Assembly: GCF_964204645.1 (NCBI RefSeq)
Contig: NC_134031.1
Coordinates: 8,742,001-8,806,000, forward strand
DNA: 64,000 nt
Reading direction: 5' to 3'
DNA from: Tubulanus polymorphus
Taxonomy: Eukaryota > Animalia > Nemertea
Below, piece after piece: positions 39,501 to 52,611 of this stretch. Below the pieces are notes generated by a model that saw nothing but the letters and a program-made list of their open reading frames with translations, made no database searches and was not told the origin of the DNA. The stretch's first letter is position 1; every line of letters starts with the position of its first letter. A program made the position numbers and the translations under genes.

Positions 39501-42500
39501 TAATTGACTGTTTGTCGACCATCCTTTTATAAAACCGTGTTGACGGTTGAACAGGATTCTAAATTCCCTTCATTTTCATGGTATGGTTTGGCTGCATCGG
39601 GTGCACTTGATCGTGGTTGACACATTATCCAGACAAGATCAAGAGTAGAAACAAGGATGTGCAGAAAACCTGTTATTGCTGCTTTGCCGCTATATTTTTA
39701 AAATTGTATTTCAAGATCAATTTCTGTGAAATCTTTAGTTGATTTGGTTTTTGGGAGGAATATTTTTATTTGCACTACAAAAAATGTCATTGACAATTAT
39801 GCAAAGTCCGGGGAAAATAGCTCTCTCTCAAATTGGATCGATGACCTTGATATGCTAATTAGCCATGTGCTTAAACTGCAAATTCAATCAGATTTTATTC
39901 TGCAAAAAAATATCAAATCCAATTCAATTTTACTGTATTGAACAAAGAAAACATCGAATCCAATTCAATATTGTTCTATTGAGCAAATTTCAGAATATTC
40001 AATCTATTCCGCATTCAAATCAATGAGACCAAGGGAAAGGATGTATGTGCTACTTATGAAAACACAATTGTATTGTGTAAATTATAGGTATTGACTCTTG
40101 AGCTGGGAGTGTATTTTGATAAACCTTACCCACATAATGTATCATTTGCCGTTTTATGAAAGTTTATCTTAACGATTATTCTTAAGATTATTTATGAAAG
40201 TTTTTTTTATACAGTCGCTGTCTGTGCTACTTATGAAAACACATTGTATTGTGTAAATTATAGGTATTGACTCATAGGCTGGTAGCGTATGTTGATAAAC
40301 ATAACCCACATAATGTATCAGTTGCCAATTTATGAAAAGCTGAACATAGTACCCCTTGGGGCTCTGTATGAATTCAAGTTGAGCTGAGCCTGCTGTATTT
40401 GTTCACCCTGGGGAGTTGGGTATTGAATCGCCAGATAGTTAACCATTTCTCTCAAGTGGGCATGGTGTCCATGGACTCCTAATTTCTCCTAAAAGCCGCA
40501 GTTCTGGCAAGAAATAGAACTGTCCAATGCCTGAAATTACTGTTTTGGTTTTTAAGTACTGGTAACATACATGAACACTTGCTTGCTGAGAAAAATATTT
40601 TTGTGGCAGTGACGACTGTATTAAATTATAATTTAATTTCTTGATTGTATTTTCAGCTGATGCATTCCTAGATGATCAAACAACAGACTGCACGAATAAA
40701 CTGAATAAAAAACTCATGAAGAAAAAATTCAAAGTGTCTGAAAAAAGAAAAAATATAACATGTGGGAGTGAATCTAAAAAGAAGCGCCGAAAAATCAAAA
40801 AGAAGTTGGTTGAGTTAGCTGATGGAGAAAAGGTAGAGAAAACAAAATCACAAATTACTGGACAAGAAAGACATTTATCAGAATTGAAGAAAATCTTAGA
40901 ATCAGATAAATTTAGTTCGGTCATTGATACAAAACCTACAGATCATTCCACTACTACAAAAAGAAATAAGTTAAAGAAACCAGACACCAATTTGGTTGGA
41001 TCTGTCCCCGAAGTATTTGTATTTGAAGATAGGAAATTACGAAAGCCTTGTCAGGTGTGTACTTGAATCATCTCTTGAATTTTAAGAAACTATGTCTTTA
41101 GACTTGGAAGGAATGTTTATCCATATTATCCATATTCTAGGTGGATGAAAAACTGCCAGTACAACCGCAGACTAACTTAGTTGTTGATGATGCGAGGTTC
41201 GATCTGAAAAGAGCCCGTTTAGAAGTGCAAAAGTTTGGTATATCTGGATTCGATCAGGTCAAAAAAGAAATTGCCAAAGAGCAGTTCCTTGTAAAACTTG
41301 GTGCTAAGGTACAAGTTCATTAATATACATGTAAAACTAAATCTTCTTTCTTACTGTATAGAAACTAAATGTAGAACTGCATAAAAAGGACTAATTTTGT
41401 TCCAGCCCACCAAAAGACCGTATGTCAATTATAGAGTTTACCAGGAAATGGTGAAAAAGAACAAGGAGTATGATGCGGAAAAACAGGAAATGGTAAGATT
41501 TTTAGTGAATCTTCAGCATTTCCTCCATCGATCAATTTTTGGAGGCTCCCATCAATTATCAAATAAAATTTCATTTTATTTCTATTGATTTTGGGGTGAA
41601 AGGTTAATGCCTATATGTAATTCTCATAAAACCTTGTCAACCGGTACGCGCTAATAATGCCAGAAGTTAAAATGCCAGAAATAAAAATGACGGGTGTAAA
41701 TATGCCAGAGGTAAAAATGCCAGAGGAAATAATGCCAGAAGGGTAAATTGATTCAATGATTGTAAGAAACAAGTGTATCAAAACTTATTAACTATTCATC
41801 GAATTGTTGCTTTGATGTCACGAATTACAGCAAACTAACTCTTCGAAAACATTTTGATTTTGATTATCATACCTATTATTATACCTAGAAAGATAATTTA
41901 TCTGAACTGTGCATTCAATATCAGTGACGGATCCAGAGGCATAAGGGGCCGTGCATAAAGTACGTACGTCCGTAGGGGGGTGGGGGTTTCTTAAAATCCG
42001 TACAAAAGCGTACAGGGGGAGGGGAGGGGTCAGCTAAAAACGTACATACTTTCCAAGGGGGGAGGGTTGATATTAATAGTACGTACTTTGTGCACGAAAC
42101 ATAATGTGAATTTCACAAATATTCCCGTTTGCCGACGATCCTAAGTGTGTCTAGTGAAAATAAAATGAATATATTACTTGAAGTCTCGGGAATTCCCCAC
42201 TTTCAGTCTTTCATTTCGTTGCCATGGAAGATCGTTGATCAACGTCAGCAGGAACTCTGTTGAATCAGGGTGGATTTTGCCTTCTTTAAACCATTATTCC
42301 TGAAAATTCTGTTTTACGGGGGGGGTTACCCCTAAAAGTATGTACGGAAGGGGGGTTATAAAAAAACGTGCAATGAGCGTACAAGAGGGGAGAGGGGGTT
42401 AAAAATACCCGGAAGTCAAGCGTACGTACTTTATGCACGGCCCCTAATATGACTACCGCATTTCGACAACCGAGTGCCCAAGGAAACAGCTAAGTCAAAA

Positions 42501-45500
42501 AGGAAAAATGTTGACTACCGCATTAGCGGCAAGTGTGGTAGGCTAAATCCGCCACTGAATATGTAAACTCTGTGCATTAATTTCATTAATTTAGAAATGC
42601 GCTGTATATCATGACTATGTTCCCTTTTTTATCAGCCCACTTGGGACTTTAGTCCCAGCGGGCTGTTGTTGGAATACGGTTATTTTGGGAAGTTTTGAAG
42701 ACGCTTCAAGGTAATGTCTTGATATATGGTTCATACATGTATCTACCCTAGACACATCTTCAGCCCAAAAACTGGCCCTGTCAGATTCAAGATGGCCGAC
42801 TGGCAGCCATTGTTGTTCGCCAAAATCAGCACTTTTTACACATTTTTGAACTTTTTAAGGGAAATTTTGAAGATGCTTTAATCAATTACCTTGATCTTTC
42901 GTATGTATTTCAATCCCCCAAGGGCCCATCACCGTAAGAAAAATTGGGTCCATCGGACTAAGATGGCCATCCTATGACCTGTTTAGTGATCAAAAATGTA
43001 AATTTTGGCCTGAATTCTGAGTCCTGTAGTTTCCTATTGGTTTTCCATACCTCATTGCAATTTGTGATGGGTATTCTTATGAAAAGGGATCTTTTATACC
43101 CGAGACAGGTATTTTTGATCAGGCAATTATGACGCAATTGGTGGCCATCTTGGTGTCATCAGTACTCACTCGTAGGTGGAAAAAGGTTTTCCCACATTAT
43201 ATTGATACTTAAGCATATTTTGTTATCACAATCAATTGCAAAGTTGTAGCTCATGACATGCTCTATGACCATGATGAGTTTCAAGCCCATCGGTTTTGTA
43301 TATGGCCACCAGGGGACGTTGAACAATATTGTATTACAATAACTTTGTATTTCTATATTATATTCGTATCTATGCATATTTTGCTACTACAATCAATTGG
43401 AAAGTTGTAGTTCATGACATGGTCTATGATTGTGGTAAGTTTCAAGGACATAAATTATTCTATATGGTCACTAGGGGGCGTTGAATAGTAGAATAACTTA
43501 GTATTTCCCCATTTTATTGGTACCTAGGCATATTTTGTTACCATGATTAATTGCAAAGTTGTAGCTCATGACATGTTCTATGATGATGGTTAGTGTCAAT
43601 GTCATTGGGCTTTGCATATGGTCACCAGGGGGCGTTGAATAGTAGAATAATAGTATTTCCATATCATATTAGGACCTAGGCATATTTTGTTACCACAATC
43701 AATTACAAAATTGTAGCTGCTGAAATGTGCTATGATTGTGGTGAGTTTCAAGGTCATTAGATTTTTTCAAGGTCATTGGTTAACCATTGAATATTGAAAT
43801 TGTTTGATTGTTGAGCATCTGAAACCACTTCCCAAGTGGGCATGGTGTCCCTGGACCCCTAGTTTCAATATATTACAATATGTGCATTAATTTTTTAATT
43901 TCCAATGATCTAAAAATATTTTGTGTCTTAATATCATCTTGTGCAAATAAGCTTTTGTCAGACTTTATTTTATAAATTTGTGATTCTCTTTATTCTATAA
44001 ATTTGTCATTCATTTTTATGGACTTTCGCCAAAGCGAAGTCCATTTCGTTATGATAACAAACCAAAGGAAGAAAGTTTATTTTGTACCAAAGAAAAAAGG
44101 TTTCATACGATAAGTAATCGCATATGAAACTTTCTTCCTTTGGGGCTTAGTTTCCCTTCGGAACTTTTAAAACATTCAATGCAGTAATAAAATCTCTAAC
44201 CCTATTGAATTTCATTGGAATCCGTTGCTTATTTATCAATTTAGTTATTTATTTGTTGTTGTAACTACATTTCATTTCGGAAGAACACATGCCCCTTTAC
44301 GTATATTCATGCTTCACACATGTCCCTGACACATATACTTGCTGCAGTGTGATGTATTGATCCGTGCATGTATATGAAAAGTGCGCCTCACGTGTGGCCT
44401 AGTTAAAGTTTTCTCAGAAACTGCAAATGATTCAACTGCCAGAGTTTGTCGCGGCCGGCCATAAAAAGCTGTGAATTAAAGAAGGACAGTAAAATTGGGA
44501 AAGAGGGCAGTGAATTTTTGAAATTGTTCAATTTACGTAAGTTGTCTAACAAACTTCGTACACAGTGTATGGAAATCATTCACACCATGAACGTGGAGTG
44601 TCTATTTGAGTCAGTGGGAAAAAACCCACTACCATATTCATGATGAAGATCATCATGCAGTTGTGTGTGATAGTGGAGATCGTATCAATGAATAGACAGA
44701 TTTTCATGGAAACTTCTGGATTCAATCAAGGGGAACATCTTAGGCTTTTTTTATTACTTGGAGCACGGATTCTCTGGAATTCTGCCGAAAACTTCATGTC
44801 GAAGATAGGTATGCGTATCTGCATTCATAATTCAAAAAGACATTTTTTTCTTGATATTTTCCGTCCTTATTTTTGATCTAATTGTCTGAGAAAATCAGTT
44901 TTCTCCCAACATCAGAATTCAATCCAATAGTTTCACTAGTTTTCAATTGTTCTGCTTATAATCTCTATTCTAGAATACCTATATTTAATTTTGATGCTGA
45001 TTAAACGTACTCATGTAAATTTAGGAAAGTCCATATAAAGGATTTCGTTTCTTGTTTAATTTTTAGCCCACTTGGGACTTAAGTCCCAGCGGGCTATTGC
45101 GTTCACTTGTCGTCCGTCCGTTCGTCCGACCGTCCGTAGACGGAATCCATACGCACCATACGCAAAACCAAATGACCTTGAAACTCACCAAATCATGGAC
45201 CATGTCATGAATTACAACTTTGCAATTGATTTTGGTAACAAATTATGCATAGCTACAAATTAGTTATTGTATTATTCAACGCACCCTGGTGGCCATACCG
45301 GTATTCAAAAAGCTATGACCTTGAAACTCACCATAATCATAGAACACGTTATGAGCTACAACTTTCCACTTGATCGTGGTAACAAAGCTTAGGCTTAATA
45401 TGATGTAGGAAAACTTTTTCCACCTACGAATGAGTACTGATGACACCAAGATGGCCGCCAATTGCATCATAATTGGCTGATCAAAAATACCTCTCAGGTA

Positions 45501-48482
45501 TTAAAGATCCCTTTCCAAAGAATACCCATTACAAATTGCAATGATAAATGGCATACCAGTAGGAAGCTACAGGACTCAGAATTCGGGTATTGACATTTTT
45601 TGGCACCAAAATGGTCATAGGTCTTATGCTGATGGGCCATTGGGGGATTCAAGTATATACGAAAGATCAAGGTAATTGATCAATGTGTCTTCAAAATTTC
45701 CCTTAAAAGTTGTGTAAAAAGGGCTGATTTTAGCTGATCTGCCAGTGGGCCATCTTGATTCTGAGAGGGCCAGTTTTTTGGGCTGAAGATGTGTCTAGGG
45801 TAGATACATGTGTAACCCAAATATCAAGACATTACATTGGAGTGTCTTTAAACTTTCCAATATTACTGCTGGATTTCCATCTTGGGACGGACAACGGACG
45901 AAAAGTGAACGCAATAGCCGACTGGGACTAAAGTCCCAAGTGGGCTAAAAAGTGCTACTATAAATCGAATTCTTCACATCTCAGTGTGAGGCCTAGATAC
46001 TTCACTTTCAAATTGTCTCTTGGATTGAATAAAACCTTGTTCCTGTTCTGCAGGGTGCATTTTCTTAAGCATAGCCTACACCATTTTATTCAAAATTTAA
46101 TGATCCCTATCTGTTTTATATTTCGATCGGCTTCGACCAAGTTAGTTTCTTTGAATGAATGAATTATTTTTAGATGTGTTTTGCCAGTGGTTTTTTGTCA
46201 TTTCAGGATCGAAAACTAGGATTGAAAGTAAAAAAGAGTCACCCCGATACTGAGAAGTAAGTTCATTGTACAGTTTAGTGACAAATACAGTAAACTCTGC
46301 CTTATATTAGACTAATGAGAACTGGAGAATTTGGTTTTATTCTGAGTAGGGAGATTTGAGCCTGAGGCTTTGCTAGGATGAATATTATTGACAAGCATAT
46401 TATTCCCTTCAAGCCTCTTCATTACATGAAGTGTTGATACGTTTGTGAACCTCCCTCTTAAAGATAAATAATGCAAATCCAATTGACACCCTGGAAAACC
46501 ATTTGATAGAGGATCTTATTATTTCTTGAGGTCAAGATCTCATGATGCATGCTGATGATAGCTAAATATATCTTGTTAGCTCTTGTAGAAAATCCTTTGT
46601 TACAACAAGAGACATCAATAACAACGTCTTTCCTATTCAAGTTCAATATTTCCAGCAAAACCCGGGAGAGTGATAAACGCTGATTGGTGGCCAAAATCAC
46701 GTGCTATCAAGTGCGATATGATGCAAATATGGAAATCCAACACTCTCCAGGGCCTCAACAAGTTACAGAAAAACGGAAAATTGATTTATTCAACGATGTC
46801 ACTTTCTGCCATCATCTTGATCTTCTTTTCTCCTAAGACAGCGGTTCTTCTCCTGGGTCAGGTATCACGGCCATCAGTACCAAAACAAGTCACTTGTCGC
46901 GATGCAGAACTAGACCTTAATAGGCTCACCATCATTAGGATCTGTGACTTCTTGACCTTGACCGTTGGGATATGTGACTTTGCGATCCTGAATTTTCAAT
47001 GGGTACAGCTTGGATACTGGTCTGTTTGTCATACCACCCATTGTCTGAAGTGACACAGACCGCACAAACCCATCTGATCCTCTTTCTTACTCTGTCACAA
47101 TCCCCATCTTCCATTTCGACCTCGGTGCATCACTGTCTACGAGAAAAACATCCCCGGTTCTGATAACTTCTTTGTTCTATTTTCTGCTGGTTATACTCTC
47201 GAAGTGATGTCAGGCGTTCTTTCGACCTCCTGCTCCAAAAGTGCTAAAGAACCACAGCTAAATGCTTCGACCTGGCTTCCGCGAGACTCTCACTCAACAC
47301 AAACTCTGGATCATCCAATTCCTCCGGGGCTACATATGAATGAGGAAGAGTTGTATTTCTTCTGCCACACATGAACTGTGACCGATAAACGTGAGAAATC
47401 CCACAATAAATATAGCCAAAACGAAAAACTTGAATAGAAGAGTATATGTTTGCGCAACGTTTCATGATATAATTTAATTATCTACTGACTTCGGTTTCCC
47501 AGTTGAACGATAATGTTCCCTCAAAATTTTCAAAGCTCTCCTGCCATTGTTTTTGGCATCACGGATGACAAGGGTTAAACTCTGTCATCCAAACAGTTAA
47601 TCAATTCCGCATAAGCGTTCGCATTGTCATTGGCATTCGGGGCTTCAGTCTCTTGCCCTGTTGCCAGAATCAACACTTCATAAAGTTTTTGAAGTCAAAA
47701 ATCAAGTTTCTCCCAGGGGCGGTTCCAGGGGCATGTTGTGACCATGTCAACCAATAAAAAGGGCATATATTCTTAATTTAGGGCGGAAAGGCATATCAGC
47801 AAAATTTTTGAAATTTTACTATCATTTTAGAGCTTTCTGAGCATGGTAAATTTTGATACAGAGGAAAAATAAAAAGGCACTTTAAAATTCCAACCGTGTT
47901 GGTCGACACGGTCTCAATCCGCCCCTGTCTCCTGGGCCCATAACCCAGAACTTGGAGATTAAAAAATGCAACAACGTCTTGTTTCTGCTAAATCTACTAA
48001 TCAACTAATCTTTATTTCATCATATCATCATGCATAAATGAGTTATAGTCATACATGCACATGATCATCAGGAGGATGATGGAATATTTCTAACCAAATT
48101 ATGAAAATAACATTAGTTTACATTATGTAACAATGAAGGGCCTTGGCTTATTGGGCGAAGCGTTAAGAAATCCATGTATTTTAGGTTAAAAAACAGCCAT
48201 TTGGCTTATTGGCCGTGTCGGCTTAATCGCTGGAAAATACGGTATGTGTAAAGAGATTATATAAGCAGATCTAGTTAACGTAGAGTCTACTGTATTATAA
48301 TCCATTTTAATCATTTTCATTAATTATTTTTTGAGTAAATACATATATTTGTTTTCAGGTCAAAAAACAGAGATGAACTAGGTTTATTAGATGGACAAAT
48401 CGGACGGTATAAAGATGGTATTCAGTTCTTGTCGAAAGATGATATTGAAAAAGTAAAAAAATCTAAGAATAAAAAAAGATGA
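33598..48482 (+). CDS. C1orf131: C1orf131/FSAF1 (DUF4602, Faf1-like small-subunit processome factor) orthologue, 6 coding exons
   Basis: Phase-compatible exons 33598-33709, 40657-41054, 41141-41308, 41406-41492, 46207-46256 and 48359-48482. Family motifs: FDLKRARLEVQKFGISGF, LGAKPTKRPYVNYRVYQE, GQIGRYKDGIQFLSKDDIEKV. The start ATG is uncertain (33598, 33610 or 33616). Confidence 0.88.
33744..34296. repeat. Long near-perfect palindrome (about 250-bp arms, about 50-bp spacer)
   Basis: 33744-33995 is the reverse complement of 34044-34296 with few mismatches. The inner ends are CCATGCCTACG and CGTAGGCATGG. Confidence 0.9.
34291..35748. mobile_element. Foldback element with about 280-bp TIRs enclosing a further palindrome (34560-34718)
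   Basis: TAGTTAGTTACCTAATCGTTGGTGGTAAGC...AAAAAGTCTTCACTGAAA (34291-34567) is mirrored at 35460-35748. Confidence 0.8.
36785..37326. mobile_element. Tc1/mariner-pogo-type MITE
   Basis: TA|CAGTCAACCCCGCATAAGTCGT ... ACGACTTATGCTGGGTGGACAG|TA, with internal TAAGTCGT/ACGACTTA repeats. Confidence 0.7.
38113..38952 (-). mobile_element. Possible piggyBac-derived non-autonomous relic
   Basis: TTAA|CCCTTT start and AAGGG|TTGA end. A degenerate acidic N-terminus on the minus strand (MAAAR..DETVQQLVYDADSDAGD) resembles piggyBac transposase starts. Confidence 0.4.
39190..39560 (-). pseudogene. CR1/L2-like LINE reverse transcriptase fragment
   Basis: IFMDFKKAFDKVQHQRLLNKL..G..KWLSRFL followed by SGVTQGSIL on the minus strand; a second copy lies at 54767-55030. 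Confidence 0.7.
41922..42557. mobile_element. Small TIR element (CAGTGRCGGAT ends) hosting a nested MITE
   Basis: AATAT|CAGTGACGGATCCAG ... TAAATCCGCCACTG|AATAT. Confidence 0.5.
41945..42444. mobile_element. PIF/Harbinger-type (Tourist-like) MITE, 500 bp
   Basis: Perfect 24-bp TIR GGGGCCGTGCATAAAGTACGTACG, with a TAA target-site duplication on both sides. Confidence 0.88.
42628..43864 (+). mobile_element. Near-complete HINE/Helentron-like non-autonomous element
   Basis: 5' T-run plus AGCCCACTTGGGACTTTAGTCCCAGCGGGCT hairpin; internal GTCACCAGGGGGCGTTGAATAG repeats; 3' sub-TIR CCCAAGTGGGC and a CCCCTAGTT end. Confidence 0.7.
45060..45951. mobile_element. HINE-family composite with two inverted 5' ends
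   Basis: TTTTAGCCCACTTGGGACTTAAGTCCCAG..CGTCCGTCC at the left; GGACG..GACTAAAGTCCCAAGTGGGCTAAAAA at the right. Confidence 0.65.
46780..47400 (-). mobile_element. BEL/Pao LTR retrotransposon fragment (post-integrase DUF5641-type C-terminus)
   Basis: Minus-strand translation across stops and a frameshift: SQFMCGRRNTTLP, HFWSRRSKERLTSLRE, GDVFLVDSDAPRSKWKMGIV..GSDGFVRSV..NRPVSKLYPL. Confidence 0.8.
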
Positions 48483-48737
48483 ATATAATGAACAACCATT
48501 CTGTTTCTTTTTATGTGATACAGTAAAAGAAGTAAAACTTGATACAGTAGGATATCGTGGGCCTATATTTGCTGAACCTTCTCCCTGCATATACAATGTT
48601 AAGCATCATGGAGAGAGAAGCCTTTTACCCTTCCCCAAAACTCTGTAGACTACACAGAATGAGTTGCATGGCGTCCTGTTGCAATGCATCCTGCCGTTAA
48701 CTCCTGTGTGATTTTAAAGTTTTATTATAATGTCAAT

Positions 48738-49302
48738 ATTTTTTATCAGCTCTGCTGTGACCGAAGGTCGGCGGAGCTAATGGGTGAGCCGTCATCGTTG
48801 TCCGTCAGTTTGTTCGTTCGTGCATCTGTCAACTTTTTCTTCAAATCGCTACTTGTCCTACAGTTTTAATCAGATCAATTCCAAATTTGACATGAATGTT
48901 CTATGGACCAATGCCTATAAAGTTACAGAGCCACTTTTTGGATTCATCCCCCAGGGGGCGCCCCTGGGGTGGAGCTTCTATTTCTTCAAATCGCTACTAG
49001 TCCCACAGTTTTAATCAGATCAATTCCAAATTTGGTATGAATGTTCTATGGACCATGGCCTATGTAGTTACAGAGCCAATTTTTAGATTCGTCCACCTGG
49101 GGCTGGAATTTCTATTTCTTCAAATTGCTATTAGTCCTCCAGTTTTAATCAGATCAAGTCCAAAATTGGAATGAATGTTCTATGGACCAATACCTACAGT
49201 ACCCTTCTTGGATTTGGCCAAAAGGGGCCACCCCTAGGTATGTAGCTTCTATTTCTTCAAATCACACAGCGGAGCTATATAAGCCGATAGGCTCCTTGTT
49301 TT
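48738..49302 (+). mobile_element. HINE/DINE-1-like element with about 135-145-bp internal repeats
   Basis: T-run plus AGCTCTGC..GACCGAAGGTCGGCGGAGCT hairpin and a GTCC/GTTC microsatellite, three TTCTTCAAAT..CTA..GTC..CAGTTTTAATCAGATCAA units, then the 3' GCGGAGCT and CTTGTTTT end. Confidence 0.7.
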
Positions 49303-49544
49303 ATTATGAACAGGATTCGAATTGTACATGTACATACCGTACACGTGATAAGTACGATACTATGGAGTTCTGAAAAATACACAGTTACGCGAATAAGTGT
49401 GTGAAGTTTGCAATTGTGTCAAGTTAGGTAATTTTACCACCTGTCCTTTATTCTATAAATACAAGAAACATTACATATCTTTCATCGTCTTATCACATGC
49501 GAACAAAATAAACTTCGGTGGGAACGCTTAAGATTGCTTCTATA

Positions 49545-49765
49545 TTTAGGGTTTTCTGTTATTTCACAGAAAACCCTATTGATATCCGCGTGATTATTAG
49601 GGTTTTCTGTTACATCACAGAAAACCCTATTGAGATTCGCGTGTTTCTTATTATTATTAGGGTTTTCTGTTATTTCACAGAAAACCCTATTGATATCCGC
49701 GTGATTATTATTAGGGTTTTCTGTTATTTCACAGAAAACCCTATTGATATCCGCGTGATTATTAT
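49545..49765. repeat. Four tandem hairpin units TAGGGTTTTCTGT-N6-ACAGAAAACCCTA
   Basis: The 13-bp perfect stem recurs with variable (ATT)n linkers, and recurs again at 50281-50380. Confidence 0.9.
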
Positions 49766-50897
49766 TATTATTATTTTCTTCCACACTATTTTTACCAAAA
49801 GAAAATAGGCTTTGTTACCTTACCGCTGTTTCATATACAATCCATATAATATCGTTCAGCTCACTGAGATCTACAAATAGCCCGCGTGTTTTTTCACGAA
49901 TCATCGTTACAAAAGCGCTGTCGGGCCGTAAACATCGAAAATTATCCGTATGCTGGACTCACACTTGACATTCGGAGTAAGCGTTCGCTCTGGGGGAAAG
50001 GAGATCGTTCGCTGTGTCGCTTGAAGTGTTTATCGAGTTTTACGTGACCTTAAGGCTTTAGTATGGTGGCTGATAAGATAAAAGAACACGAATAAGCAAA
50101 TGAGGGCGACATGACGACAAAATGACAAAACTAAAATAACGCGAGAAAACAATGATTTTGATTTTGTCGCCCGCGACAATTCAATATTTTGGTTTTATCG
50201 CCCGCGACAATTCATTATTTTGGTTTTATCGCCCACGACAATTCACTACTTTGGTTTTATCGGCAGCGACAATTCATTATTCTGTTATTTCACAGAAAAC
50301 CCTATTGATATCCGCGTGATTATTATTAGGGTTTTCTGTTATTTCACAGAAAACCCTATTGATATCCGCGTGATTATTATTATTATTATTTTCTTCCACA
50401 CTATTTTTACCAAAAGAAAATAGGCTTTGTTACCTTACCGCTGTTTCATATACAATCCATATAATATCGTTCAGCTCACTGAGATCTACAAATAGCCCGC
50501 GTGTTTTTTCACGAATCATCGTTACAAAAGCGCTGTCGGGCCGTAAACATCGAAAATTATCCGTATGCTGGACTCACACTTGACATTCGGAGTAAGCGTT
50601 CGCTCTGGGGGAAAGGAGATCGTTCGCTGTGTCGCTTGAAGTGTTTATCGAGTTTTACGTGACCTTAAGGCTTTAGTATGGTGGCTGATAAGATAAAAGA
50701 ACACGAATAAGCAAATGAGGGCGACATGACGACAAAATGACAAAACTAAAATAACGCGAGAAAACAATGATTTTGATTTTGTCGCCCGCGACAATTCAAT
50801 ATTTTGGTTTTATCGCCCGCGACAATTCATTATTTTGGTTTTATCGCCCACGACAATTCACTACTTTGGTTTTATCGGCAGCGACAATTCATTATTT
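49664..50897 (+). repeat. Tandem duplication of about 617 bp
   Basis: 49664-50280 is repeated at 50281-50897; for example, ATGATTTTGATTTTGTCGCC occurs at both 50150 and 50767. Confidence 0.9.
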
Positions 50898-52610
50898 TGG
50901 TTTTGTCGCCCGCGACAATTCTTCTTTTTGGTTTTGTCGCCCGCGACAATTCAATATTTTGGTTTTATCGCCTGCGACAATTCAATATTTTGGTTTTATC
51001 GCCCGGAACAATTCATTACATTGGTTTTATCTCCAGCGAAAATTCATTATTTTGGTTTTGTCGCCCGCGACAATTCAATATTTTGGTTTTATCACCCGCG
51101 ACAATTCATTACTTTGGTTTTATCTCCAGCGACAATTCAATATTTTGGTTTTGTCGCCCGCGACAATTCAATATTTTGGTTTTATCTCCAGCGACAATTC
51201 ATTATTTTGGTTTTGTCGCCCGCGACAATTCTTCTTTTTGGTTTTGTCGCCCGCGACAGTTCTTTTTGGTTTTGTCGCCCGCGACAATTCATTATTTGGT
51301 TTTATATTTTGTTTGAGTCGCCCGCGACAATTTTTTTTGGTTTTGTCGCCCGCGACAATTCAATATTTTGGTTTTGTCGCCCGCGACAATTCATTATTTT
51401 GGTTTAATCGCCCGCGACAATTCAATATTTTGGTTTTATCGCCCGCGATAATTCATTATTTTGGTTTTATCGCCCGAGACAATTCATCATTTTGGTTTTA
51501 TCGCCCGCGACAATTCATTATTTTGGTTTTGTCGCCCGCGACAATTCACCATTTTGGTTTTGTCGCCTGGACAATTCACCATTTTGGTTTTGTCGCCCGC
51601 GACAATTCATTATTTTGGTTTTGTGGCCCCCACAATTCTTTTTTTGGTTTTTTCGCCCGCGACAATTCATTAGTTTGGTTTTGTCGCCCGCGACAATTCA
51701 ATATTTTGGTTTTATCACCCACGACAATTCATTACTTTGGTTTTATCTCCAGCGACAATTCATTATTTTGGTTTTGTCTCCCGCGACAATTCTTCTTTTG
51801 GTTTTGACGCCCACGACAATTCATTATTTTGGTTTTATATTTTATTTTTGTCGCCCGCGACAATTTTTTTTTTTGGTTTTGTCGCCCGCGACAATTCATT
51901 ATTTTGGTTTTATCGCCCGCGACAATTCAATATTTTGGTTTTATCGCCCGCGATAATTCATTATTTTGGTTTTATCGCCCGCGATAATTCATTATTTTGG
52001 TTTTATCGCCCGAGACAATTCATCATTTTGGTTTTATCGCCCGCGACAATTCATTATTTTGGTTTTGTCGCCCGCGACAATTCACCATTTTGGTTTTGTC
52101 GCCTGAACAATTCACCATTTTGGTTTTGTCGCCCGCGACAATTCATTATTTTGGTTTTGTGGCCCCCACAATTCTTTTTTTGGTTTTTTCGCCCGCGACA
52201 ATTCATTAGTTTGGTTTTGTCGCCCGCGACAATTCAATATTTTGGTTTTATCACCCACGACAATTCATTACTTTGGTTTTATCTCCAGCGACAATTCATT
52301 ATTTTGGTTTTGTCTCCCGCGACAATTCTTCTTTTGGTTTTGACGCCCTCGACAATTCATTATTTTGGTTTTATATTTTGTTTTTGTCGCCCGCGACAAT
52401 TTTTTTTTTTGGTTTTGTCCCCCGCGACAATTCATTATTTTGGTTTTATCGCCCGCGACAATTCAATATTTTGGTTTTATCGCCCGCGATAATTCATTAT
52501 TTTGGTTTCATTGCCCGCGACAATTCATTATTTTGGTTTTGTCGCACGAGACAATTCATTATTTTGGTTTTATCGCCCGCGACAATTCATTATTATGGTT
52601 TTGTCAGCCG
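50770..52610. repeat. 31-bp satellite TTTTGGTTTTRTCGCCCGCGACAATTCATTA with a 536-bp higher-order repeat
   Basis: The unit is directly visible. Near-identical ORFs start at 51461/51997 and 51737/52273 (offset 536). The array resumes at 54572-54660 after a HINE-family insertion. Confidence 0.95.
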
Positions 52611-52611
52611 A

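Noticed and set aside
49545-49765. Palindromic direct repeats resembling a CRISPR array
   Set aside because: The linkers are near-identical rather than unique spacers, there are no cas genes, and the context is eukaryotic. These are tandemly amplified transposon-end hairpins.
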